NCBI GenBank assembly: GCA_031409275.1
Contig: JANNXA010000009.1
Coordinates: 134,765 to 198,764, forward strand
Direction of reading: 5' to 3'
DNA: 64,000 nucleotides
From: Planctomycetota bacterium
GTDB taxonomy: Bacteria; Planctomycetota; B15-G4; SIAN01
Made by a program: the position numbers and the translations under genes. Of the stretch, positions 18,132-28,255 are shown piece after piece. Positions within the stretch are counted from its first letter, which is position 1, and each line of letters begins with the position of its first letter. Under the pieces are notes generated by a model. It was given only the letters and a program-made list of their open reading frames with translations. It was not told where the DNA came from and did not search any database.

Positions 18132-20010
18132 GCGCGCGAATCGTGCCCGCGCGCGCGCGCTGCTCCCAGTAGCGGTCGATGATCGACTGGCGCAGCGCGG
18201 CGCGATCGGCCTCCGAAAGCGTCGCCGAAAGGTCGTGCTGCTCGGCAGGGTCGACCGCCCGATCGTGCACCCAGAGCTCGTCGCGCTCGGGCCGAAACGT
18301 CACCTTGCGATCGCCCACCAGCAGCCCGAGCTTCAGGTCCTGGTAGACGTTGCTGAGCAGCAGCGACTCGTCCCGCCGATTGGCGAAGAGCGCGCGCGAC
18401 TCGCGCAGCGGCCGTTCGTCGCCGAACAGCCAGAGCAGCGTGCCGGCGAGGTCGCGCAGCCCGAAGCGAACGTCGCAGCGACGCGCCTCCGGGAACATGC
18501 GACGGTTCACCAGCAAGCACGGAACTCGCAGCGAATGGTCCCAAAGGAAGCTGCCGTGGAAGCGGTCGCCCCGCTCGCCGAGCGCTTCGCCGTGGTCGCC
18601 GACGATCAGGAGCAGCGTGTCGTCGAAGCGACCCTCCGCGTCCAGCCCGTCGATCAGTTCACCCAGCGCCCGATCGGCGCACCACACGCTGTTGTCGTAG
18701 CGCGCCGCGAGCGTCGCCTCGCCAAACGGCGTCTCGACCGCGCGATAGGGATGGTGCGCTGCCGCGAACCAGAGCAGCGCCGTCGCATGGCGCCGCACCC
18801 CCGCGGGCAGCGTCGACTCTTCAGTGGCTCGCCACCGCAGGAAGTCGGCGACCAGCGCGCGATCGTCGTAGCTCTGCCGGGTCGGGCGCACGGCGGCACC
18901 GAGTTCCGCGGCGCCAACGCAGCGATCGAGCGGCCGGCCCGCCGCGCTCGCCACGAAGGCGTCGAAGGCGTCCGTCTCCTTCGCGAAGCTCGTCCCGAAG
19001 TAGAGCGCATCGCCGTTCTGCGCGCGTCGGCGCAACAGCGAATCGGTCGCGGGCGCGAGCTCGCCCCAGGTCAGCGACGCGGACTGCGGATCGGGATCGA
19101 TGCCGAGCAGCAACGACTCCATCGTCTTGCAGCTGCGCGGCTGCGTCGCCCACGCCTCCTCGAACACGAGCGCATGGTCGGCGAGCCGCGCCAGACGCGG
19201 CGTCGTGTCGCGCGCCGCACCATAGAGGCTCACGCGATCGCGGCGAGTCGACTCCAGCACGACGATCACCAGGTCCAGACCGCGCGCCGCTCCTGCCAAC
19301 GCGCCCCACTCCGTTGGGATCGGCAGTGCCGGCTCGCGCAACGCCGACGTGATGAGAGGAGTCGAATCGGACGGCGGCCAGCGCCGCCAGTCGAGGCCGC
19401 GCTCGCCGGCGCGCAGGTCGTTGGCCAGCAGCAACAGCGGTGACGGCACCGCCGGATCGAAGGCGCCAGGATGGGCCAGCGGCGCGAACGCTCCGATCGC
19501 GAGCGCGACGCATGTCGCGGCCAGCACGCCGATCGCGCGTCGCCGCGTCGCCGCGCTGCGCAATCGGCGCGTGGCACTCCATGCTCCAAGCAGCGCCGCG
19601 CCGAACAGCAGCGCCACCAGCGCCATCTTGCGATCGAGCACGAACTCGAACAGGTCGGCCGACACTCCCGCCATGCGGCCCGCGTCGAGGTGCGGCGGTT
19701 CGAGGTACCAGCCCCACTCCCAGAAGACATAGCCCGACAGCAGGTAGAGCGCGGTGAGCAGCACCAGCAACGCGGTCAGCAGCGTCGATGCGGCGCGCGC
19801 CACGACTCGCGGCCCGATCGCGCGCAGGAGCAGGGCCAACGCGAGCAGCGCCAACGCCACCAGCGCATCACCGCCGGCACCGCACGCCACGTCGGCCGGC
19901 GCGAGCGTCCGCCCGAATCGCCACGCGCTAGTCGCCAGCGCGAAGCCCTTGGACGCCGCCATCACGGCGACCAGCGCCACCCACGCACCGAGCGCCCGCG
20001 TCGTCGTCAC
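18118..20010 (-). CDS. Membrane-anchored sulfatase / LTA-synthase-like alkaline phosphatase superfamily protein
   Basis: Several N-terminal TM helices; VVLESTRRD, TTPRL, HHPY, YDNS..D, GDHGE motifs; GTG start overlaps the upstream stop. Confidence 0.8.
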   Translation of the reverse strand: MTTTRALGAWVALVAVMAASKGFALATSAWRFGRTLAPADVACGAGGDALVALALLALALLLRAIGPRVVARAASTLLTALLVLLTALYLLSGYVFWEWGWYLEPPHLDAGRMAGVSADLFEFVLDRKMALVALLFGAALLGAWSATRRLRSAATRRRAIGVLAATCVALAIGAFAPLAHPGAFDPAVPSPLLLLANDLRAGERGLDWRRWPPSDSTPLITSALREPALPIPTEWGALAGAARGLDLVIVVLESTRRDRVSLYGAARDTTPRLARLADHALVFEEAWATQPRSCKTMESLLLGIDPDPQSASLTWGELAPATDSLLRRRAQNGDALYFGTSFAKETDAFDAFVASAAGRPLDRCVGAAELGAAVRPTRQSYDDRALVADFLRWRATEESTLPAGVRRHATALLWFAAAHHPYRAVETPFGEATLAARYDNSVWCADRALGELIDGLDAEGRFDDTLLLIVGDHGEALGERGDRFHGSFLWDHSLRVPCLLVNRRMFPEARRCDVRFGLRDLAGTLLWLFGDERPLRESRALFANRRDESLLLSNVYQDLKLGLLVGDRKVTFRPERDELWVHDRAVDPAEQHDLSATLSEADRAALRQSIIDRYWEQRARAGTIRALSRP

Positions 20011-21083
20011 GCACTGGCACCCGCGCGCAGCAGCTCGGTTCCAAGCTGACCGCAGCCGGCGAATCGCTCGCGGCCGCCGCTCAAGCGCAGCTTCACCGGG
20101 AAGCCGAGCGGTCGCAGCTTCGCGGTCCAGGCGCGCACCTCCTCCATGGTCGGCGCTTCGAACTCGTCGCCCACCGGATTGAACGGGATCACGTTCAGCA
20201 GGAAGCGAAAGCCCGCGCGCGCCGCGAGGTCGGCGAGCGCCGCGACGTCGTCCTCGCCCATCGTGAAGTTGCGGATCGCGACGTATTCGAGCGTGACGTG
20301 CTTGCCACGGCGCAGCCGCTCGTAGGCGCGCACCGCGCCGAGGAACGACTCGAATCCATGGTGCTCCTGGATCGGCATCAGGCGCAACCGCTTCGCAGGA
20401 TCGGCGCAGCCGAGGCTGAAGACCAGTCGATAGGGCCGCGCCGCGTCGACGAAGCGGTGGATCGCGGGCACCATGCCCGCCGTCGAGATCGTGATGCGCC
20501 GCGCGCCGATCTGCAGTCCATGCGACTGCGTCATCACCTGCGCCGCCTGGAAGACCGCGGCCTCGTTGGCGAGCGGCTCCCCCATGCCCATGAAGACGAG
20601 GTCGCTGGCGCGAACGCCCGCGAGCGCCGTGACCTGCGCGACCTGATCGACGATCTCCCACGCTTCGAGGTTGCGCTTCAGTCCCAACCGTCCGGTCGCG
20701 CAGAAGCGGCACGCGAGCGCGCAGCCCGCCTGGCTCGAGACGCACACCGTGTAGCGGCCGGAACCGGCGTGGTGCGGCAGCAGGACCGACTCGATCACGG
20801 CGCCATCGGCGAGGCGAAAGGCGTGGCGCACGCTGCCGTCGCCGGCAGGTTCGACGGCGAGGCGTTCGATTCGCGGGACGCGGACGATCTCGGCGAGTCG
20901 CGCGCGCCGTGCCGCCCCCAGCTCCGTCATCGCGTCGATCGACGCCGCGCCATCGAGGTAGAGCGCGCGCAACGTCGCCGCCGCAGCCGCCGCTGCGCCG
21001 ACGCCACCCCACGCGCTCGCTAGTTGCGCGACGGTCAGCGATTGCAGGGCGGGAAGAGGCGCGGGAGCGGACGAGGGGCACAT
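20007..21083 (-). CDS. rlmN: RlmN-family radical SAM RNA methyltransferase
   Basis: TVCVSSQAGCALACRFCATG, VFMGMGEP, ITISTAG, AGCGQL; may be a paralog rather than the ortholog. Confidence 0.75.
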   Translation of the reverse strand: MCPSSAPAPLPALQSLTVAQLASAWGGVGAAAAAAATLRALYLDGAASIDAMTELGAARRARLAEIVRVPRIERLAVEPAGDGSVRHAFRLADGAVIESVLLPHHAGSGRYTVCVSSQAGCALACRFCATGRLGLKRNLEAWEIVDQVAQVTALAGVRASDLVFMGMGEPLANEAAVFQAAQVMTQSHGLQIGARRITISTAGMVPAIHRFVDAARPYRLVFSLGCADPAKRLRLMPIQEHHGFESFLGAVRAYERLRRGKHVTLEYVAIRNFTMGEDDVAALADLAARAGFRFLLNVIPFNPVGDEFEAPTMEEVRAWTAKLRPLGFPVKLRLSGGRERFAGCGQLGTELLRAGASA

Positions 21084-21093
21084 GGCCCAGAGG

Positions 21094-22341
21094 CTACTTC
21101 CCGTCGGCCGCCTTGCGCGGGTCGGCCTGCTCGATCGCCTCGACCACCGGGTCGCGCCCCTCCTTCCAGTGCGCGAAGCGCAGCGGCGCGGCGAGGTCCG
21201 GCATCACCGAAGGGGAGTCGTCGGCCAGCAGTTCGAAGTGCTTGGTCGAGTAGGTCACTCGCAACTTGCTGCTCGGCAGCTCGAGCGAGAGGATCTCGCC
21301 GTAGCTGCGCGGCTTGCCGCCGGTCGGCTCGCCGACCAGCACCGCCCCGAAGCCCTTCTTGAGTTCCACCGCGTTCATCATCGCGGAACTGAAGGTCTGC
21401 GGCCCGATCGCGACGAAGAGGTGGCCCTTGGCGCGCAACGCCTTCTTCTGGCCCAGCAGCTGGTAGAGCGGCTGGATCACCAGCGAGTTGCCACCGCCGT
21501 TGTGGCGCAGGTCGATCAGCAGGCGCGCCGGCATCTGCTTCGCCACCTGCGCTGCGATCTCCGCCACCACCGTCGCGAAGGGCCGCTGCGGATCCTCCGC
21601 GCAACGGTTGAACTGCAGGTAGAGCAGCTCCTGCGCAGCGTCGTAGCTCCACCAGTAGTTCTCGCCGCGCCGCTGCCGCCACAACGGCTCGACCTTCGAC
21701 TCCGCGCCGAGCTTGCCCAGCGACAGACCGCCGTCGGGCCCGAGCTCGAGCGCCTTCACCTCGCCCGTCTCGGTGCGCACCGTGAAAGTCGCGTGGTCGA
21801 GGTCGTGGCCCATGCCGAGCGCATGCACGATCCAAGGCGTCTCGAGCAGCGGCGGCAGCGCCGCGATGACGCCCGCCTCGTTCTCGTGAGAGATCGTCTC
21901 CGCGACGCGCGCCCACGCCTCATCGATCGGCTTGCCGCCGACCGCCGTGACCTCGGCCCCCAGCGACCAGGCAAGCTCGCGCGGCGCCTGCACCACGCGC
22001 AACCCGTCGGCGAACGGGTGGAACTGCACCGGGAAGACCTTCCGCGTCACCGGCCCATTGGCCCATTGCACGGCGGTGTGGCCATCGCCGACGCTCGCGA
22101 CCAGCCGCATCAGCTCGACGACGATCTCATGGTCGGCCAACCCGTCGAGCTGCGGGTCGAGGTCGGCCACCCGCGCCTCCCACTCCTCACGCGGCTGCGT
22201 GAAGAAGAGGTTCAGGTGGCGCTTGGGCAGCTCGGCAGCGAGGAACGCGAGGTCGGCGCGCCAATCGATGGCCCGCTCGGTGGCAGGCTCGTTGGCGCAA
22301 GCGCCGATCACGGCAGTCAGCAGCATCGACATCGGCGGCAT
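21094..22341 (-). CDS. S41-family peptidase-like protein, possible lipoprotein
   Basis: DGHT, IDLRHNGGG, TFSSA, VGEPTGG, VMPD motifs; IGAC lipobox-like sequence. Confidence 0.75.
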   Translation of the reverse strand: MPPMSMLLTAVIGACANEPATERAIDWRADLAFLAAELPKRHLNLFFTQPREEWEARVADLDPQLDGLADHEIVVELMRLVASVGDGHTAVQWANGPVTRKVFPVQFHPFADGLRVVQAPRELAWSLGAEVTAVGGKPIDEAWARVAETISHENEAGVIAALPPLLETPWIVHALGMGHDLDHATFTVRTETGEVKALELGPDGGLSLGKLGAESKVEPLWRQRRGENYWWSYDAAQELLYLQFNRCAEDPQRPFATVVAEIAAQVAKQMPARLLIDLRHNGGGNSLVIQPLYQLLGQKKALRAKGHLFVAIGPQTFSSAMMNAVELKKGFGAVLVGEPTGGKPRSYGEILSLELPSSKLRVTYSTKHFELLADDSPSVMPDLAAPLRFAHWKEGRDPVVEAIEQADPRKAADGK

Positions 22342-22394
22342 CTCCTGGCAGGCGATCCTCTACGACGCGCGCGGAGGTCCGTTCGTTGGAGAGT

Positions 22395-24953
22395 TCAGCG
22401 CGGCCGCCGTTTCGGCCCGCGCACCGCCTCCGCGTTCCACGGATCCTCGGGCCACGAGTGACGCGGGTAGCGGGCGCGCAACTCCCCGCGGATCTTCGGA
22501 TAGGCGTTGTTCCAGAAGCTCTTCAGGTCCTGAGTGACCTGCTGGGGACGGTGGTTGGGCGACAGCAGGTGGAGCACGACCGCGACGCGGCCGGCAGCGA
22601 TGCGCGGCGTCTCGCTCCAACCGAACAGCTCCTGCAAGCGCGCCGCGAGGATCGGCGGCCCTTCGGCCGGATAGTCGAGTCGGATCGCGCTGCCGCTCGG
22701 CACCACGAGTCGCTCGGGCGCATGCTGCTCGACCGCGCGCGCGAGACGAGGTCCGAGCTTCGTGCGCAACCGTTCCAGCAACGGCAGTCGTTGCAGCTCG
22801 GCGAAGCTCTTCGCGCCGATGCAAAGCTCGGGCAACCAGCCGCTCCAGAACGTGGCGTCGAACGCCGGCAGTTCGAGCTCCGGCATCCAGCCGGCCAGTC
22901 GGCGCACACGCAGCAACCACGCCGCGATCTCCTCGCGCGCCAGGCCAAGCGCGCGCTCGACGTCGCCGCTCGCCGCCTCCGCCAGCACGCTCGCCGTCGC
23001 CTCGACATCGCCGAGGCCCACCTGCTTCTCTTCGACCACGAGGTCGCCGCAACGCGTCACGCGCCGCGCGACGACCGTCTCGCGCTCGCGGTCGAAACGG
23101 AGCTCGTCGGCGACGACGAGGCCCACCTCTTCGAGCCACTCGCGCTCGACGCCGCTGGCGCGCCGCACGCGCGCCTCGTCGCTCTTGCTGTCATCGAGGT
23201 CGATCGCGACGAAGAATTCGGCGCGCCGCAACGCGCTGCCCTCGCCGAGCCGCACCCCGCGCCCGCCCGCCATGAGCGCGCGCGGCGAACCCGCTTCGCG
23301 CCGCCGCGCCAGCCGATCGGCCCAGGCGACGAAGAGCGCGCGGCGCAGCGCCGAATCGGAGTCCGTCTCGACGGGGTGCCCTTGCGCGGCTCGGCGCGGC
23401 GACTCATCACCACTGCGCAGCGCGCGCAGCAGCTGCTCGGCACCGCGGCGCACGTAGTCGGCACGGCCACGGTCGAGATCGCCGCACTCGAAGCGAGTCG
23501 AGCCGCGCGCGAAGTGCTCCTCCAATGCGGCGACGCGATCGACGACGTCGGAGTCGCTCTCGTGCGGCGCCGGCAGTCGCTCGTCGCGGTGAAACGGCTC
23601 GCGTTCGGAGAGCAGCGCCGCCGCCAACGCCGCGCGCGGCGCGACGCCAAGCCGCTCGCCCTCGATCAGCAGGCGTGCGAGTCGCGGCGCCGCCGGCACT
23701 TGCGCCATTCGGCGACCGATCGAGGTGAGCGCGCCGCCTTTCGTGGCGCCAAGCCGCTCGAGCTGCGTGAGCGCATGGGCCAACGCGGCGGCAGGCGGCG
23801 CCTCGAAGAAGGGGAAGCGATCGAGGTCGTGCTCGCCGAAGGCCAGGAGCTGCAACGCCATGCCGGCCAGATCGACGCGCGCGATCTCCGGCGTCTCATG
23901 ATCGGGCAGGCCGCGATGGTCGAGGGCGCTCCAGAGGCGCAGGCAGCGCCCCGGCGCCACGCGGCCGGCGCGCCCGCGTCGCTGCTCGGCGGAGGCTTGC
24001 GAGACGCGGCCGAGTTCGAGGCGATCAAGGCCGCTCGCCGGATCGAGTTGCACGCGACGCACGAGGCCGCTGTCGACCACGCCGGTCACGCGCGGCAGCG
24101 TGACCGAGGTCTCGGCCACGTTGGTGGCGAGGATCACGCGGCGCTTCGCGCCCGGTCGCAACGCCGCATCCTGCCGCTCCGGCGCGAGTTCTCCGTGCAG
24201 CTCGATCGTCTCGATGCCGACGCCCGCGAGCTCCGCTTCGAGGCGCTGCGCGCAGCGGGCGATCTCGCCACGCCCCGGCAGGAAGACCAGCACGTCGCCG
24301 CCGCCGTCGTCGCTGCGCAATGCCGCGCGCACCGCCGCCGCGATCGACTCCTCCAACCGATCGTCGCGCTTGGTCGGCCGCCATTCGAGTTCGACCGGAA
24401 AGGCGCGACCCGCGACTTCGAGCGCCGGCGCATCGCCAAGGAAGCGCGCCAGCGGCGCGGCGTCGAGCGTCGCCGACATCACCAGCAGCTTCAGATCGGG
24501 ACGTACGTCGCGCCGCACTTTCGCTGCCAGCGCGAAGGCGAGATCGGCATCGAGGCTGCGCTCGTGGAACTCGTCGAAGACGACGATGCCAACCGCTTCC
24601 AGGAACGGATCGTCCTGCAGCATCCGCAGCACGATCCCTTCGGTCACCACCAACAGTCGCGTGCGCGGCCCGGCACATCGATCGAGGCGAACGTGGTAAC
24701 CCACCTCTTCGCCCAGTCGCGTGCCGCTCTCCTCGGCGATGCGGCGCGCCGCCGCGCGCGCCGCGAGACGCCGCGGCTCGAGCAGCAGCAACTGCCGCTC
24801 GCCGGCGAGTCCGGCGGCCAGCAGCGCCGGCGCCACTCGCGTCGTCTTGCCGGCGCCGGTCTCCGCGCGCAACACGGCGACGCCGCGCGCGCGCAACGCT
24901 TCGACGATGCGGGGCAGTTCGGCGTCGATCGGGAGCGGAACGGGGAGTGCCAT
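22395..24953 (-). CDS. hrpB: ATP-dependent RNA helicase HrpB
   Basis: GAGKTT, EPRRLAAR, DEFHER, MSAT, ATNVAETSVT, QRRGRAGR; C-terminal LRARYPRHSWPEDP. Confidence 0.95.
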   Translation of the reverse strand: MALPVPLPIDAELPRIVEALRARGVAVLRAETGAGKTTRVAPALLAAGLAGERQLLLLEPRRLAARAAARRIAEESGTRLGEEVGYHVRLDRCAGPRTRLLVVTEGIVLRMLQDDPFLEAVGIVVFDEFHERSLDADLAFALAAKVRRDVRPDLKLLVMSATLDAAPLARFLGDAPALEVAGRAFPVELEWRPTKRDDRLEESIAAAVRAALRSDDGGGDVLVFLPGRGEIARCAQRLEAELAGVGIETIELHGELAPERQDAALRPGAKRRVILATNVAETSVTLPRVTGVVDSGLVRRVQLDPASGLDRLELGRVSQASAEQRRGRAGRVAPGRCLRLWSALDHRGLPDHETPEIARVDLAGMALQLLAFGEHDLDRFPFFEAPPAAALAHALTQLERLGATKGGALTSIGRRMAQVPAAPRLARLLIEGERLGVAPRAALAAALLSEREPFHRDERLPAPHESDSDVVDRVAALEEHFARGSTRFECGDLDRGRADYVRRGAEQLLRALRSGDESPRRAAQGHPVETDSDSALRRALFVAWADRLARRREAGSPRALMAGGRGVRLGEGSALRRAEFFVAIDLDDSKSDEARVRRASGVEREWLEEVGLVVADELRFDRERETVVARRVTRCGDLVVEEKQVGLGDVEATASVLAEAASGDVERALGLAREEIAAWLLRVRRLAGWMPELELPAFDATFWSGWLPELCIGAKSFAELQRLPLLERLRTKLGPRLARAVEQHAPERLVVPSGSAIRLDYPAEGPPILAARLQELFGWSETPRIAAGRVAVVLHLLSPNHRPQQVTQDLKSFWNNAYPKIRGELRARYPRHSWPEDPWNAEAVRGPKRRPR

Positions 24954-25037
24954 CGAGCGCGCCACGTTAGGGCTCACGACCCCGTATGCTCCCGCACTTC
25001 GCGGTCCCAGAAGGGGCCGGACTCCACGGAGCTCACG

Positions 25038-26231
25038 GTGTCACTCCTCGCGACGTTGCTTGCGGCGGCGATCGGCGCGCCGCAGGGCATTCCTGCCAAG
25101 ATCCCAGCGGATGTCGGACCGGTGCAGAAGACCGCCAGCGGCCTGATCTACAGCGTGCTCAAGCCCGGCCAACCCGGCGACAGTCCGAAGTTCAGCGACC
25201 GGGTGACCTGTCATTACACCGGTTGGAACAGCGACGGCTCGGTGTTCGATTCCTCGCGAAACGACGCGAGCCCCACCGAGTTCAATGTCAGCCAGGTGGT
25301 CGACGGTTGGATCGAGGCGCTGGGGATGATGACGCCCGGCGCGCACTGGAAGCTGACCGTTCCGCCACAGCTCGGCTATGGCGACCAGGGCAACCCGCCG
25401 CGAATCAAGCCGGGCGCAACGCTCACGTTCGAGATCGAACTGCTGTCGTTCACCAAGGGCCCCGAACTGCCGCCCTTCCATCCCGCGAACGCCGACAAGC
25501 AGAAGAAGCTCGAGTCCGGTCTCACCTACGAACCGCTGATCGAGGGCAACGGCGTCGCCCCGAAGCCGGACGACATCGTCGAGCTTCGCTTCGCCATCTG
25601 GACCGCGAGCGGTCGCATGCTCGAGTGCACCGAAAACAGCAAGCACACGTTCCGGAGCAAGGCGGCCGCCATGCCCTTTCGCGTGCTCCAGCTGGCACCG
25701 CAACTGCTGACCGTCGGCGCGCGCTATCGCTTCGAAGTTCCCGCCGAGCTGGCACCGAAGCTGCCCTGGTACGGCGCTCCCTACCTCCCCGTCGGTTCCC
25801 CGACCATCTGGGAGGTCGAGCTCGCGGGATGCAAGGCGCCGCTGCCACCCCCCGTTTTCGTGAAGCCCGACCCGACCAAGCAGGTCGCGACCGCCTCCGG
25901 CCTCAAGTACGAGATGGTGAAAGAGGGCAGCGGCAAGCAGCCGAAGGTGAACGACAACGTCACGGTCATCTACAGCGGCTGGCTCACCGACGGGATGCTC
26001 TTCGACTCGTCGCGCAATGGCGCGGGCGAAGCGACCTTCCAGCTCAAGCGCGGCCCCGGCGGCGTGATCGACGGTTGGGTCGAGGGGCTCGCGCTGATGA
26101 AGGAAGGGGCGATCTACCGCTTCGAGATCCCCGGCGCGCTGGGCTACGGCGCGCGCGGCAACCCGCGCGGCAAGATCCCGGCGAATGCGACGCTCGTCTT
26201 CGAGATCGAGCTGCTCAAGGTCGGCGGATAG
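25038..26231 (+). CDS. Secreted FKBP-type peptidyl-prolyl isomerase with three FKBP domains
   Basis: TASGLxY...HYTGW..FDSS..VVDGW..LGYG..TLTFEIELL in domains 1 and 3; degenerate middle domain; GGAG RBS, GTG start. Confidence 0.88.
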   Translation: MSLLATLLAAAIGAPQGIPAKIPADVGPVQKTASGLIYSVLKPGQPGDSPKFSDRVTCHYTGWNSDGSVFDSSRNDASPTEFNVSQVVDGWIEALGMMTPGAHWKLTVPPQLGYGDQGNPPRIKPGATLTFEIELLSFTKGPELPPFHPANADKQKKLESGLTYEPLIEGNGVAPKPDDIVELRFAIWTASGRMLECTENSKHTFRSKAAAMPFRVLQLAPQLLTVGARYRFEVPAELAPKLPWYGAPYLPVGSPTIWEVELAGCKAPLPPPVFVKPDPTKQVATASGLKYEMVKEGSGKQPKVNDNVTVIYSGWLTDGMLFDSSRNGAGEATFQLKRGPGGVIDGWVEGLALMKEGAIYRFEIPGALGYGARGNPRGKIPANATLVFEIELLKVGG

Positions 26232-26246
26232 GCGGATAGGCGGATC
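26223..26246 (+). repeat. Short tandem repeat (GGCGGATA)x3 spanning the FKBP stop codon
   Basis: ggcggata ggcggata ggcggatc. Confidence 0.7.
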
Positions 26247-26270
26247 GGCAGCTCACGCGAACTTGCGCGC

Positions 26271-26307
26271 GGCCGCGATCGAGCGATCGATCGCGGCCAC
26301 TTTTTTT
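26271..26307 (+). terminator. Intrinsic terminator between convergent genes
   Basis: GGCCGCGATCGA...TCGATCGCGGCC stem followed by a T7 tract. Confidence 0.75.
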
Positions 26308-28124
26308 CACAGCGGATAGCAGAGCCACAGACCCACCGAGCTGATCAGCCAGGTGAGCAGCGCCAGCGGGATGCCGAAGCGCAGGTAGTCGCCGTACTTG
26401 TAGCCGCCCGGTCCCATCACCATCAGGTTGACCTGGTGGCCCATCGGACAGGTGAAGGCGTTGCTGCCGCCGAACGCGATGGCGAGCACGTAGGGCGTGA
26501 CGTCGGGGCTGCCCATGAGCTTCGCCGCCTCGATGGCGATCGGCGTCAGCAGCACCACCAGCGCATACGGCGCGATGAACTGGTGCAGCAGCGTGGTCAG
26601 CAGCACGAAGCCGCTCACCACCGCCGCCGGCCCGAGCCCACGCAGCGCCCCCACCATCCCCTCGGCGCACAAACGCGCGAGATGGGTCGTTTCGGTCGCC
26701 ACGCCCAGGGCCAGCGCGCCGACCACGAAGACGAGGATCGACCAGTCGATCGAGCGGTAGGCGCGGCGGGCCGACAAGCAGCCGGTCACCACCATCGCGA
26801 TCGCGCCGCCAAGCGACACCAGCGGCAGCGGCAGCCACTTCTTCACGCTCGGCAGCAGCGTCTCGAAGGTCGAACTGAGGATGAAGCACGCGATCACGGC
26901 GGCCAGCACCATCAGCGCGCGGCGCGCATGCTGGCGCAGCACGAGGTGCTTGTGCTCGCCGGTCAGCATGTAGAAGTCGGTCGACTGCCGCAGCTTCGGG
27001 ATCGACTGCTCCTTGCCGCAGACCAGCAGCAGATCGCCCGGCTCGAGCGCCAGCTCCGAGGCGCGCTCGCGGATGTGATGCCCTTCGCGCAGGACCGCGA
27101 CGACGCTGCAGTCGTAGTCGCGCTGCATGTGCAGGTCGGCGATGCGGCGGCCGCGGATCTGCGCGCGCGGCGACACCGCGAGCTCGATGAAGTTCATCGA
27201 CGCCGGGTCGAAGCGCTGGTTGCCGACCATCTTGAGCGCGAGGGAGGCCTGGAAGTCGGTCAACTGCTGGACATCGCCCTGCAGCACGATCACGTCGCCC
27301 TTCTGCAGCGTGCCGCCGATGAAGGGCGGCCAGTGCATGCGCTCCTCGCGCACGAAGAAGAGCAGCTTCGGCCCGTGGCCTTGCGGGAAGGCGACGGCGT
27401 ACGGCTTGTCGACCAGCGGCGAGCTCGGCCCGATGACCAGCTCGGTCACGTACTCGCGCGGTGCCACGTTGGCGAGCGCCGCCGAGACCGAGGAACGCTC
27501 GCGCAGCAGCTTCGGCGCGAACAGCACGAGGTAGGCGATGCCGGCCAGGTTCACCGCCAGCGCGATCGGCGTCATCGTGAACATGCCGAGCGCCTGACCG
27601 CCCGCCTTCTGCGCCGCGCCGGACACGAAGAGGTTGATCGACGTGCCGACCAGGGTGAGCGTGCCACCGAGCAGCGCCGAGAAAGCGACCGGCATCAGCA
27701 GGCGGCTCGGCGAGACGTTCAGCTCGCGCGCCAGCTGCAGCGTGATCGGCAGCAGGACCAGCACCACGGCGGTGTCGCTGACGAAGCCCGAGATCACCGC
27801 ACCCAACGCGCACAGCAGGACCAGCCCGCGCTTCGCCGACCCCTTGCTGAAGCGCAGCGTCGCGCGGGCCACGAACTCGAGCGCGCCGGTGCGCGTCAGC
27901 CCCTCCGCGATCACGTAGAGGCCGGCGAGCGTGACGATGGTCGAGTCGCTGAAGCCGGAGAGCGCGGCTTTGATGTCGACGATGCCGGTCGCGACCAGCG
28001 CGAACATCAGCCCGATGCCGATCACATCGATCGTCACCTTGCCGGAGATCAGCAGGGCGAGCGAGGCGACGGTGACGACGCCGACGTAGAGCTGCGGCCA
28101 ATGCTCGTTCAGGAAGGCGCTCAT
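26307..28124 (-). CDS. SLC13/CitMHS-family permease with two TrkA-C domains
   Basis: Multiple TM helices; GGTLTLVGTSINL; central YVTELVI/ELAVSPRA domains; PMGHQVNLMVMGPGGYKYGDY. Confidence 0.9.
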   Translation of the reverse strand: MSAFLNEHWPQLYVGVVTVASLALLISGKVTIDVIGIGLMFALVATGIVDIKAALSGFSDSTIVTLAGLYVIAEGLTRTGALEFVARATLRFSKGSAKRGLVLLCALGAVISGFVSDTAVVLVLLPITLQLARELNVSPSRLLMPVAFSALLGGTLTLVGTSINLFVSGAAQKAGGQALGMFTMTPIALAVNLAGIAYLVLFAPKLLRERSSVSAALANVAPREYVTELVIGPSSPLVDKPYAVAFPQGHGPKLLFFVREERMHWPPFIGGTLQKGDVIVLQGDVQQLTDFQASLALKMVGNQRFDPASMNFIELAVSPRAQIRGRRIADLHMQRDYDCSVVAVLREGHHIRERASELALEPGDLLLVCGKEQSIPKLRQSTDFYMLTGEHKHLVLRQHARRALMVLAAVIACFILSSTFETLLPSVKKWLPLPLVSLGGAIAMVVTGCLSARRAYRSIDWSILVFVVGALALGVATETTHLARLCAEGMVGALRGLGPAAVVSGFVLLTTLLHQFIAPYALVVLLTPIAIEAAKLMGSPDVTPYVLAIAFGGSNAFTCPMGHQVNLMVMGPGGYKYGDYLRFGIPLALLTWLISSVGLWLCYPL

Positions 28125-28255
28125 CAGGGCTCGGGATGGTAGCGAGCCGCCGGAAGCGTCGGCCTGTCCCGCCCGATCGGCAATCGCGGCCCGCCGCTTG
28201 AGCGTCTCTGGCGGTCCGCGGAGGTTCCGCGGTCGTCCCGGCCGATGAGGCGTCC

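Noticed and set aside
22386..25037. 1281-aa + strand ORF extending FKBP upstream
   Set aside because: The upstream part is the antisense shadow of hrpB; the real start is GTG 25038 with an RBS and signal peptide
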